Source: an uncultured bacterium (lineage in GTDB: Bacteria > Patescibacteriota > Minisyncoccia > Minisyncoccales > RBG-13-42-11). From it: a DNA stretch of 64,000 nucleotides. The position numbers were made by a program, and so were the translations under genes. The stretch spans positions 268,073-332,072 of the forward strand of contig CAWBPO010000001.1 in assembly GCA_963790795.1 (NCBI GenBank), given 5' to 3'. The notes below the pieces were generated by a model. It had not been told where the DNA came from. It saw only the letters and a list, made by a program, of their open reading frames with translations, and did not search any database. Positions within the stretch are counted from its first letter, which is position 1; each line of letters begins with the position of its first letter. This document shows, piece by piece, positions 8,548-16,651 of the stretch.

Positions 8548-10575
8548 ATGATTCAAAATAAAAAAATCTTTATCAAAACAATAGTTTCTTTTGTCGGTAC
8601 AGGGCTAGTCGCATTCGCCCTTCTATTTTTCGCTGGCGTTTCTACTATTAAAGCAGCAAACCCTACTATTCAGTTCACCGCCACCAGTTCCAGTGCGGCA
8701 GAATCAGTTACTCCAGCTATTTTAGAATTAACCCTTTCAGTTGCTACGGGCTCTGATGCCACGGTTGACTACGCTTTAACCGGCACAGCCACTGGCGGAG
8801 GAGTAGATTATACTGCAAATGCTACTGGCACAGCTACCATTTCAGCTGGCAATACTACCACCACTGTCTCGATTGTCATTGTTAATGACACGCTTGATGA
8901 AAACAACGAAACCATTATTGTCACCATCTCTAATCCTGCCAATGCTACTTTAGGCACTAATACTGTTTATACTTATACAATTAATGATAATGATACAGCA
9001 CCTACTATTCAGTTTACCGCCACCAGCTCAAGCGCTGCTGAAAGCGTCACTCCAGTTAGTTTAGAGTTTGTTTCGTCAGCAGTTTCTGGTCTGGATGTTA
9101 GCGTTGACTACGCTTTAACCGGCACAGCCACTGGCGGAGGAGTAGATTATACTGCAAATGCTACTGGCACAGCTACCATTTCAGCTGGCAATACTACCAC
9201 CACTGTCTCGATTGTCATTGTTAATGACACGCTTGATGAAAACAACGAAACCATTATTGTCACCATCTCTAATCCTGCCAATGCTACTTTAGGCACTAAT
9301 ACTGTTTATACTTATACAATTAATGATAATGATACAGCACCTACTATTCAGTTTACCGCCACCAGCTCAAGCGCTGCTGAAAGCGTCACTCCAGTTAGTT
9401 TAGAGTTTGTTTCGTCAGCAGTTTCTGGTCTGGATGTTAGCGTTGACTACGCTTTAACCGGCACAGCCACTGGCGGAGGAGTAGATTATACTGCAAATGC
9501 TACTGGCACAGCTACCATTTCAGCTGGCAATACTACCACCACTGTCTCGATTGTCATTGTTAATGACACGTTTGAGGAAAACAACGAAACCATTATTGTC
9601 ACCATCTCTAATCCTGCCAATGCTACTTTAGGCACTAATACTGTTTATACTTATACAATTAATAATAATGATACGTATTACAGTGGCGGCGGGAGTATAC
9701 CATCAACGCCAATTACTGCCACAGGACAAGTAACTGCTACTCCTTCTGCTGGCGGGAAAACAACGTTGACCACTTCAGCAGGCACAACAGCAACAGTTGA
9801 ATTACCGGCAGGAGCCGTAACATTTAATACCGTTATAACAATTCAAGAAGCAGTCACAGGAACCATTGTCATTGGCGCTCCGATTCCAACTGGACAAACA
9901 ATAATCAGCGGTTTTACCGTTACAACAACTGTTGATGGTACGGCTGTTACCAGTAGTTTTTTAAAGAGCGTCACTATAACCGTTACATACACTGACGCCC
10001 AGGTGGCTGGAATTGACGAATCAAGTTTAAAGCTTTATCGCTGGAATGGTACGCAATGGGTTGCCTTAATTTGTACAATCAATACTACTACCAACACTAT
10101 TACTGCTACAACCACTTCTTTTTCCAAGTTTGCCGTAATGACCAGTACTTCAACGACTTCAGCGGTCAAACCTTTAAGTGAAATGAGTATTGCTGAATTG
10201 CAGACTGAAATAGCTAGAATTACTGCTTTAATTACTCAATTGCAAACCCAGATAGCTCAGCTTCAGGGTGGAGTTTCTATTTCTCTTTGCGTTGGTACAA
10301 CCTTTAGCAGGAACCTATCTCAGGAAATGACAGGCAATGATGTTAAGTGTTTACAGTCAATCTTGAACCAGTCAACCGATACCAGAGTAGCTGCTTTGGG
10401 AGTTGGCTCTTCTGGCTATGAGACGACTTACTTCGGCGCTTTGACAAAAGCTGCCGTAATAAAATTCCAGGAAAAATACAAATCTGAAATTTTAACTCCG
10501 GTCGGCTTGAGCGCTGGAACCGGATTTGTCGGCCTTTCTACTAGAGCTAAATTGAACGCTTTATTAGGGAAATAG
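8548..10575 (+). CDS. secreted surface protein with three tandem Calx-beta-like domains, a beta-rich domain, and a C-terminal coiled coil with peptidoglycan-binding domain
   Basis: N-terminal signal/TM. Three repeats of ([18 protein letters not shown]...[18 protein letters not shown]...[19 protein letters not shown]). C-terminus [25 protein letters not shown] plus [12 protein letters not shown]...[14 protein letters not shown]...[15 protein letters not shown]. Confidence 0.8.
   Translation: MIQNKKIFIKTIVSFVGTGLVAFALLFFAGVSTIKAANPTIQFTATSSSAAESVTPAILELTLSVATGSDATVDYALTGTATGGGVDYTANATGTATISAGNTTTTVSIVIVNDTLDENNETIIVTISNPANATLGTNTVYTYTINDNDTAPTIQFTATSSSAAESVTPVSLEFVSSAVSGLDVSVDYALTGTATGGGVDYTANATGTATISAGNTTTTVSIVIVNDTLDENNETIIVTISNPANATLGTNTVYTYTINDNDTAPTIQFTATSSSAAESVTPVSLEFVSSAVSGLDVSVDYALTGTATGGGVDYTANATGTATISAGNTTTTVSIVIVNDTFEENNETIIVTISNPANATLGTNTVYTYTINNNDTYYSGGGSIPSTPITATGQVTATPSAGGKTTLTTSAGTTATVELPAGAVTFNTVITIQEAVTGTIVIGAPIPTGQTIISGFTVTTTVDGTAVTSSFLKSVTITVTYTDAQVAGIDESSLKLYRWNGTQWVALICTINTTTNTITATTTSFSKFAVMTSTSTTSAVKPLSEMSIAELQTEIARITALITQLQTQIAQLQGGVSISLCVGTTFSRNLSQEMTGNDVKCLQSILNQSTDTRVAALGVGSSGYETTYFGALTKAAVIKFQEKYKSEILTPVGLSAGTGFVGLSTRAKLNALLGK
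8662..9678 (+). repeat. 3 x 339-bp in-frame tandem repeat (113-aa Calx-beta-like unit)
   Basis: Units start at 8662, 9001 and 9340. Units 2 and 3 differ by only a handful of substitutions (e.g. CTTGATGAA vs TTTGAGGAA) and at the last ~15 nt. Unit 1 diverges in its first ~100 nt and is then identical. Confidence 0.95.
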
Positions 10576-10602
10576 AAAAACAGAAATTGTTTGGAATGAG
10601 AA

Positions 10603-10632
10603 AACCGGTGAATTATGCTCGCCGGTTTTTTG
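10603..10632 (+). terminator. rho-independent terminator
   Basis: ACCGGTG-aattatgct-CGCCGGT followed by TTTTTT. A second perfect hairpin TGTTGAAGT-cta-ACTTCAACA follows at ~10632..10652. Confidence 0.7.
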
Positions 10633-10697
10633 TTGAAGTCTAACTTCAACAATCTATGGTTTGATATATCGAACAAAGTTTGATATAATTAACCTAT

Positions 10698-11000
10698 ATG
10701 AAAGAACGATTAGCGTTGAGGCCGACCTTATTTTGGGAGGTAAATCCTAAAAAGCTTGATGAGCAAAAAGATGCCGAATTTATCATCGGACGGGTCTTGG
10801 ATTTTGGCAACTTAAGAGAGTGGAAAGCAATAAAAGATTTTTACGGTTTAGCCAAGATAAAAAAGATCGTCCAGGAGCATATTTTTTCCGACCCGCGCAG
10901 CGCTAATTTCTGGGCAATGATATTCGGCATTCATTTAAAAAATTTACGATGCAAGAAGAAGTTCTCACTAAAAACACCAAAAGCGTTCTCAATGCGTTAG
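10698..11000 (+). CDS. small protein upstream of AbiEii-like gene, candidate antitoxin (DUF6922-like by recall)
   Basis: 100-aa ORF overlapping the next gene by 52 nt. Motif LFWEVNPKKLDEQKDAEFIIGRVLDFGNLREW resembles the small partner proteins found with short AbiEii-family genes. Confidence 0.45.
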   Translation: MKERLALRPTLFWEVNPKKLDEQKDAEFIIGRVLDFGNLREWKAIKDFYGLAKIKKIVQEHIFSDPRSANFWAMIFGIHLKNLRCKKKFSLKTPKAFSMR

Positions 11001-11581
11001 ACGCTTCCGGTATTGCAAAGAATTTTTATTTAGCGGGTGGAACAGCGCTGGCTCTTTATTTCGGGCATCGTTTTTCTGTTGACCTTGATTGGTTTTCCGA
11101 AAAATTTGATTACACCTCCTCTTTCCGCAAACAGCTGGAAAAACTTGGAAAACTGGGCGTAGACAGCGAGTCTGAAAAAACTTTTAACGGCACATTGAAC
11201 AGAGTAAAAATCAGCTTTTTTGAATATCCATATCCCTTGGTAGCACCAAAGCAACGATACAAAGACAATATTTATCTGGCTGGTATTCCTGATATAGCGG
11301 CAATGAAGATGGAAGCTATCGGCAGGAGAGGTTCTCACAAAGATTTTATTGATATATATTTTCTTTTGCAGCATTATTCTTTAGAAGAACTTCTTGGATT
11401 TGTGCACAAAAAATTTGCCAATATTGAATATAACGAAACTCATCTTTTAAAAGCGCTGACTTATTTTGCAGACGCCAAAGGGTCTGTAATGCCGCAACCC
11501 ATAAAACAGGTAAGCTGGCAGAAGATTACAGGCACAATTAGACGCAACGTAGAAGCTTATTTAAAAAACTACGGTAAATAG
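10949..11581 (+). CDS. nucleotidyltransferase AbiEii/AbiGii toxin-family protein
   Basis: FYLAGGTALALYFGHRFSVDLDWF... and KMEAIGRRGSHKDFIDIYFLL match the DUF1814/AbiEii signature. Confidence 0.75.
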   Translation: MQEEVLTKNTKSVLNALDASGIAKNFYLAGGTALALYFGHRFSVDLDWFSEKFDYTSSFRKQLEKLGKLGVDSESEKTFNGTLNRVKISFFEYPYPLVAPKQRYKDNIYLAGIPDIAAMKMEAIGRRGSHKDFIDIYFLLQHYSLEELLGFVHKKFANIEYNETHLLKALTYFADAKGSVMPQPIKQVSWQKITGTIRRNVEAYLKNYGK

Positions 11582-11638
11582 ACGCTATTATAGAATTGAA
11601 TACTGCATTATTAATTTTAAATTTAAAATTTTAATTCT

Positions 11639-11953
11639 ATGTTAACTTTTTTCTTCGCCGGCTTTTTGGGCGGCGCAATAAGGGGACTCCTTGGCATTAT
11701 TAAGCACACTCTTTCTTACAAGGACGTGAAAATGCGTTGGGGGTATTTTAGCTCTCTGGCTTTCATTTCAGGATTTATCGGCTTGATTTCGGTCTGGATA
11801 ATACAGGAACTGGGCATTGCTTTTCTTGAGGTTAAAGTGCTTTCTCCGGCAATTGCTTTGATTGTCGGGTATGCCGGAGGCGATTTTTTGGAAAACATTT
11901 TCAAAGTCATAATCAAAAAGCCCATTCTTTTTGAACAGGAAAAGGAAGAATAG
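11639..11953 (+). CDS. small integral membrane protein (3 predicted TM), unknown function
   Basis: 104-aa ORF with hydrophobic segments FFFAGFLGGAIRGLLGII, LAFISGFIGLISVWII and LSPAIALIVGYAGG. Confidence 0.5.
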   Translation: MLTFFFAGFLGGAIRGLLGIIKHTLSYKDVKMRWGYFSSLAFISGFIGLISVWIIQELGIAFLEVKVLSPAIALIVGYAGGDFLENIFKVIIKKPILFEQEKEE

Positions 11954-11987
11954 ATTTTATTCGTATTTTGATACTTTTTGACACCTA

Positions 11988-12016
11988 TTGACACCCTTGC
12001 TTGGGTGTTTTAATAT
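11988..12016 (+). promoter_or_regulatory. sigma-70-type promoter (TTGACA-17 nt-TAATAT)
   Basis: TTGACA 11988..11993, 17-nt spacer, TAATAT 12011..12016. A second TTGACA lies 10 nt upstream at 11978. Confidence 0.5.
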
Positions 12017-12022
12017 TAAATA

Positions 12023-12175
12023 TATGCCCCGTAATACAACTTCCAGTAGGTGCGTTTCGTAACAAACGCCAGGGCATAACTTAAATGATTGTAAATATGA
12101 AACCATTATCAAATAACCATCAATAGAGCAAAACGCACCTGACGGCGTTTGGCTCTGGAAGTTGATATACGGGGT
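12023..12175 (+). promoter_or_regulatory. ~150-nt structured 5' leader with mutually exclusive pairings, upstream of the HTH gene
   Basis: Long-range arms CCCCGTAATACAACTTCCAG (12027..12046) / CTGGAAGTTGATATACGGGG (12155..12174) and AGGTGCGTTT (12048..12057) / AAACGCACCT (12131..12140). Competing local hairpins GCGTTT-cgtaac-AAACGC (12052..12069) and AAACGC-acctgacg-GCGTTT (12131..12150). The 3' arm ends 1 nt before ATG 12176. Confidence 0.4.
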
Positions 12176-12421
12176 ATGCCGGAAATCAATCCAAAAGAAG
12201 TATATACAACCAAAGAAGCACAGGATTTCTTGAAAGTTAGTTCGAGCACGATTAAACGACTGTTGAAACGGGGAATAATCAAAGCTTATAAGGTTGGCGG
12301 CACTTACCGGATCTGGGGGAGCGAAATTTTAGAATTGGTTTCTCCGAAATTGGAGAAAAAAGTTTACAGAGTTTATAAAAAGGTCAAAGATAAAACAAGA
12401 GAAACCATTGAGAAGTGGTGA
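12176..12421 (+). CDS. excisionase-family / MerR-like helix-turn-helix DNA-binding protein
   Basis: ORF 12149..12421 has a TTG start inside the leader helix; ATG 12176 is preferred. YTTKEAQDFLKVSSSTIKRLLKRGIIKAYKVGGTYRI matches the HTH_17/excisionase DNA-binding pattern. Confidence 0.7.
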   Translation: MPEINPKEVYTTKEAQDFLKVSSSTIKRLLKRGIIKAYKVGGTYRIWGSEILELVSPKLEKKVYRVYKKVKDKTRETIEKW

Positions 12422-12439
12422 TTTTTTATTGCTAATTTT

Positions 12440-13192
12440 ATGAAAAATAATGTTTCAAAAATCGGAATATTGGGCTATGGAGAAGTGGGCCAAGCGATAG
12501 CCGAGTTTTATGGTTCGGCAGGTTCACCACGAGCAAAAATAAAAGATTTAAAGAGAGATGATGGATTGGAAGGAATTGAAATTTTGCATATTTGTATTCC
12601 TTGGAGTAAGAATTTTATCGGGATCGTAAAAAAGGAAATTAAAAAAACAAGACCAAAGCTTATTATAAATCATTCTACCGTGGCTCCGGGAACGACAAAA
12701 AAAATTGCTTTAGGTTTGCCCAAAGGCTGTATGATCGTTCATAGTCCAATCAGGGGCATGCATCCCCGTTTATATAAAGGGATTAAGCTTTTTGTAAAAT
12801 ATATTGGCGCTGATAACAAAAAAGCAGGAGAAATGGCCAAAAAGCATTTAGAAAGGTTGGGAATAAAAACAAAAGTTTTTTACCCTTCCATAACCACTGA
12901 AGTCGGAAAGCTTTTAGATACTTCATACTATGCTTTATGTATTGCTTGGCACGGAGAAATGAAAAGAATTTGCGATAAAGCTAAAATAAAATTTGACGAA
13001 GCTGTGGTTGATTTCAACAGAACATACAATGAAGGATACAATAAATTGGGCAAGCTGAACGTTATTAGACCCGTTCTTTATCCGCCAAAAGGCGGTATCG
13101 GCGGTCATTGCGTTATTTATAATACAAAAATTATTAGCAAATATCTGAAAAGCAAAGCGTTTGATTTGATTCTTAAATACAAGCAAAAATAA
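12440..13192 (+). CDS. NAD(P)-binding dehydrogenase, short UDP-glucose/GDP-mannose dehydrogenase-like
   Basis: N-terminal Rossmann KIGILGYGEVGQAIA. Central helical region. GGIGGHCVIYNTK resembles the catalytic GGxCxxKD segment. At 250 aa it lacks the usual C-terminal NDP-sugar-binding domain. Confidence 0.45.
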   Translation: MKNNVSKIGILGYGEVGQAIAEFYGSAGSPRAKIKDLKRDDGLEGIEILHICIPWSKNFIGIVKKEIKKTRPKLIINHSTVAPGTTKKIALGLPKGCMIVHSPIRGMHPRLYKGIKLFVKYIGADNKKAGEMAKKHLERLGIKTKVFYPSITTEVGKLLDTSYYALCIAWHGEMKRICDKAKIKFDEAVVDFNRTYNEGYNKLGKLNVIRPVLYPPKGGIGGHCVIYNTKIISKYLKSKAFDLILKYKQK

Positions 13193-13194
13193 AG

Positions 13195-14664
13195 ATGAAC
13201 GCTATTTTGCCAGACATAAAATCAATTTTCTTTCATAATAAAACGACCAAACAAACGATATTTAAAAATAGTTTTTGGTTGGCAATAAATGAAGGCATAA
13301 GTAAGCTGGCAAAGCTGGTTTTGCTTATCTATGTGGCAAGAATATTGGGAGCCACCGATTACGGAAAATTTACTTTTGCTTTGGCTTTTGTAAGTTTGTT
13401 TCTTATATTTTTTGATTTTGGTCTGGCGCAAATTACCACTAGAGAATTTTCCCGCGAAAAGGAGAAAGAAAATGAGTTTTCCTCTCTCTTTTCTTTAAAG
13501 CTTATTCTGGGGTTAGGAACCTTGCTTTTGATATTAATCGTTTCTTTCTTTATTACTCCCAGCCTTTTAATTCAAAAGATAATCTGGATTTTAGCTGTTT
13601 GCTTTTTTATTGAAGGTCTTTTTGAAATACTTGTTGCTTTTTTCAGGGCTCGTCAAAAAATGGAGTATGAGGCTTTTGTGAAAACCTCAGAGTCTTTAAT
13701 ACTGGTTGGCGTCGGACTTTTTACCCTGTTTTATTGCCCCTCAATAATAAATTTAAGCTACAGCTATTTGTTCGGTGCCTTTGTTGCCTTAATTTTTGCT
13801 TTAGTTATTTTTCACTTTAAGTTTCAGAGAATCTCTTTCAATTGGAACAAGTCAGTTTGGAAAAAATATTTATATATATCTTGGCCATTGGGATTGGTGG
13901 CAATTTTAAGCACGATTTATAACCAGATTGATTCGGTTATGATGGGTTACTGGGGGATGATTACGGAAACCGGTTGGTATAACGCAGCTTACAGGATTGT
14001 CTGGCCGACTTTAATTCCGATAAGCCTGATTTCCGTTAGCTTTTTTCCGGTTTTAAGCAGGTATTTCAAAGAGTCAAAAGAAAAACTCCAGAAAGCCTGG
14101 GATTATCAGAATGAAATAATGGTTTTATTGGCGCTTCCCTTAATGGTTGGAGGAATAGTTCTGGCTCCGAAAATCATTGATTTTATTTACGATTCAAGTT
14201 TTGCTCCTTCAATCTTGGCTTTTCAAATTTTGATCCTAATGTCGGGGATTATGTTTCTTTATAATGCTTTTTATCAGGTATTAATTGCGGCCAACCAGCA
14301 AAAAAATATTTTCTGGGCTGTTTTGTCTGGAGCGATAATCAACATTATTTTGAATTTTCTTTTAATTCCGAAATTCAGCTTATATGGAGCAGCCGTAGCC
14401 ACGGTAATCACTCAAATTTTAGTGTTCTTTTTGCTGTTTAGATTTACTTTGAAGTTTACTCCGATTAATCCTTTTACCCTAAGGCTTTTTCTGGTTTTTC
14501 TTGGCGTTATTGGCTCCAGTACGGCAATGTATTTTGCGATAATCCAGCCGCAGATTTATAATCTTCATGTTTTGCTTTCTATTTTGGTCGGAATTGCCGT
14601 TTATTTTGCTGCTATTTTCGCCTTTAAATATGTGATAAAATATTTTAGTAGTTTAATTCATTAA
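13195..14664 (+). CDS. oligosaccharide flippase (Wzx / MOP superfamily polysaccharide biosynthesis protein)
   Basis: 489 aa with ~12-14 TM segments. N-terminal KNSFWLAINEGISKLAKLVLLIYVARILG is typical of the Polysacc_synt family. Confidence 0.8.
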   Translation: MNAILPDIKSIFFHNKTTKQTIFKNSFWLAINEGISKLAKLVLLIYVARILGATDYGKFTFALAFVSLFLIFFDFGLAQITTREFSREKEKENEFSSLFSLKLILGLGTLLLILIVSFFITPSLLIQKIIWILAVCFFIEGLFEILVAFFRARQKMEYEAFVKTSESLILVGVGLFTLFYCPSIINLSYSYLFGAFVALIFALVIFHFKFQRISFNWNKSVWKKYLYISWPLGLVAILSTIYNQIDSVMMGYWGMITETGWYNAAYRIVWPTLIPISLISVSFFPVLSRYFKESKEKLQKAWDYQNEIMVLLALPLMVGGIVLAPKIIDFIYDSSFAPSILAFQILILMSGIMFLYNAFYQVLIAANQQKNIFWAVLSGAIINIILNFLLIPKFSLYGAAVATVITQILVFFLLFRFTLKFTPINPFTLRLFLVFLGVIGSSTAMYFAIIQPQIYNLHVLLSILVGIAVYFAAIFAFKYVIKYFSSLIH

Positions 14665-14676
14665 ATAAATAAAAAT

Positions 14677-15696
14677 ATGCAAGAAAACAACTCAATCCAA
14701 ATAAACAAAGTTTTAATAACCGGCATAGGCGGTTTTGTCGGCAGCCACTTAGCAGACTATATTGTCACTAAGTTTCCTAATGTTCAGGTTTTGGGGTTGA
14801 CGCGCTGGTGGGAGCCGAGAGAAAACATCAAGCAAAGCATAGATAAGATTAAATTATGTTACGGCGATTTGGTGGATTTACCTTCCCTTGAAACTCTTTT
14901 GCAGGAGCATAAGCCAGACGTGATTTTCCATCTAGCTGCGCAGTCATACGTAGATTTCAGTTTTTGGGCGCCCATTACCACCTTAGACACCAATGTGATA
15001 GGCACAGCGAATTTATTGGAAGCTGTAAGAAAGTTGAAAGCCAGTTCAGGGTACGATCCGATAATCCAAATAGCCAGTTCTTCAGAATGCTACGGTCAGG
15101 TAAAAGAAAATGAAGTTCCGATAAAAGAAACCAATCCTTTCAGGCCGGCTTCCCCGTATGCTGTAAGCAAGGTGGCAGAAGACATGCTGGCTTTTCAATA
15201 CTGGCTGTCCTGGAAAGTTAAAACCATCAGGACGAGGATGTTTACCCATACCGGGCCCAGAAGAGGAGAAGTTTTCGTTGAATCTAATTTTGCCAAACAA
15301 ATTGCTGCCATTGAAGCAGGATTGCAAGAGCCGGTAGTTAAAGTTGGGAACTTGGACAGCGTGAGAACCTTTTTAGACATTAAAGACGCTATCAGAGCTT
15401 ACTGGCTGTTAGTAAACAAATGTTCTCCTGGCGAAGTTTACAATGTCGGCGGAAAAGAGACTATGACCGTGGGCGAAATGCTGGATAAGCTTTTAAAGCT
15501 TTCAACCGTAAAGGATATAAAAATTGAAGTTGACCCTGCCCGCTTAAGGCCTTCGGATGTTACCTTGCAGATTCCATGCGTTGACAAGTTTAAGCAGGCG
15601 ACCGGCTGGGAACCAGAGATTAAATTCGATCAAACTTTGGAGGATATTCTGAATTATTGGCGGGATTATTATAAAAGAGAAAAGCAAAATGTCTAA
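14677..15696 (+). CDS. GDP-mannose 4,6-dehydratase-family SDR (candidate GDP-heptose 4,6-dehydratase/C4-oxidase)
   Basis: VLITGIGGFVGSHLADYI, catalytic YAVSK, HTGPRRGEVFVESNFAKQI and VGNLDSVRTFLDIKDAIRAYWLL parallel GMD motifs (SPRRGxxFVTRKI; GNLDAKRDW). Confidence 0.7.
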   Translation: MQENNSIQINKVLITGIGGFVGSHLADYIVTKFPNVQVLGLTRWWEPRENIKQSIDKIKLCYGDLVDLPSLETLLQEHKPDVIFHLAAQSYVDFSFWAPITTLDTNVIGTANLLEAVRKLKASSGYDPIIQIASSSECYGQVKENEVPIKETNPFRPASPYAVSKVAEDMLAFQYWLSWKVKTIRTRMFTHTGPRRGEVFVESNFAKQIAAIEAGLQEPVVKVGNLDSVRTFLDIKDAIRAYWLLVNKCSPGEVYNVGGKETMTVGEMLDKLLKLSTVKDIKIEVDPARLRPSDVTLQIPCVDKFKQATGWEPEIKFDQTLEDILNYWRDYYKREKQNV

Positions 15697-16651
15697 GTTG
15701 AATTTAGAACTTTATAAAAAGTTATATTTAATCAGGAAAGCTGAGGCAGAGATTTGCAAGCATTATCCGGAAAATGAAATGAAAACGCCTATGCACATGT
15801 CTATGGGAAGCGAGGCTATTTCTGTCGGGGTTTGCCAGGCTCTTAAAAAGCAGGACCAGGTTTTCGGCACTTACCGTTCGCACGCTCTTTATTTGGCAAA
15901 AGCATCGGAAACTGATAAATTTTTTGCTGAAATGTATGGCAGAGCAACCGGCAGTGCCAAAGGAAAAGCAGGTTCCATGCATTTGTCTTTTTCTGAAACA
16001 GGTTTTATGGGCGCTTCAGCCATTGTGGCCAGTAACATTCCTTTGGCTGTGGGAGCAGCTTTTGCCAATAAATTCAAAAGGAACGGTCGAATTACGGCAG
16101 TATTCTTTGGCGATGGCGCAGCTGACGAAGGCAATTTTTGGGAAAGTTTGAACGTTGCCTGTTTGATGCGGCTGCCGATATTGTTTGTCTGCGAAGATAA
16201 TGATTTAGCCATGCATACATATAAATCAGAGAGGAACGGCTATAAATCTTTGAGCGCCATTGTATCAAAATTCGATTGCCATGTTTTTGGCAGTGAAACT
16301 ACTGATGCAGAAGCAATTTTTAAACTTGCAAAGAAAGCGATAGAGCTGATTAAAAAGACTCAGCGGCCCGCTTTCTTGCATTTGAGATATTACCGTTATC
16401 TGGAGCATGTTGGCATTTATGAGGACTTTGATGGCGGTTACCGCTCAAGGAAAGATTTTGAAGCGTGGTACAAACGCGATCCGATAATTCTGCAAAGGAA
16501 GAAATTATTGAAATCAAGAATTAAGGAAAAATCTATTTTAGCCATTGAGCAGAAAATAGATAAACAAGTAGAAAAAAGCGTAAAGTTAGCCCAAAAAGCG
16601 CCCTTTGCTGGAAAGGACGAGCTCTACGCCAATGTTTTTTATGAAAAATAG
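15689..16651 (+). CDS. thiamine-diphosphate-dependent dehydrogenase E1 component, alpha subunit-like
   Basis: MHMSMGSEAISVGV..., TYRSHALYLAKA and ThDP-binding FFGDGAADEGNFWESLNVACLMRLPILFVCEDNDLA. Confidence 0.85.
   Translation: MSKLNLELYKKLYLIRKAEAEICKHYPENEMKTPMHMSMGSEAISVGVCQALKKQDQVFGTYRSHALYLAKASETDKFFAEMYGRATGSAKGKAGSMHLSFSETGFMGASAIVASNIPLAVGAAFANKFKRNGRITAVFFGDGAADEGNFWESLNVACLMRLPILFVCEDNDLAMHTYKSERNGYKSLSAIVSKFDCHVFGSETTDAEAIFKLAKKAIELIKKTQRPAFLHLRYYRYLEHVGIYEDFDGGYRSRKDFEAWYKRDPIILQRKKLLKSRIKEKSILAIEQKIDKQVEKSVKLAQKAPFAGKDELYANVFYEK

Noticed and set aside
8662-9678. Regularly spaced near-identical repeats that could superficially suggest a CRISPR-like array.
   Set aside because: The period is 339 bp with no unique spacers. 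The repeats are contiguous, in-frame and encode Calx-beta-like protein domains inside a 675-aa ORF.
12149-12175. TTG-initiated extension of the HTH gene.
   Set aside because: The extension is the 3' arm of the leader helix. ATG 12176 (MPEINPKEVYTTKEA) gives the usual length for excisionase-type HTH proteins.
12176-12421. The excisionase-family HTH gene as a marker of a prophage or integrative-element boundary.
   Set aside because: No integrase, recombinase, phage structural genes, tRNA target or flanking direct repeats are visible. Small HTH_17 proteins occur as stand-alone regulators.
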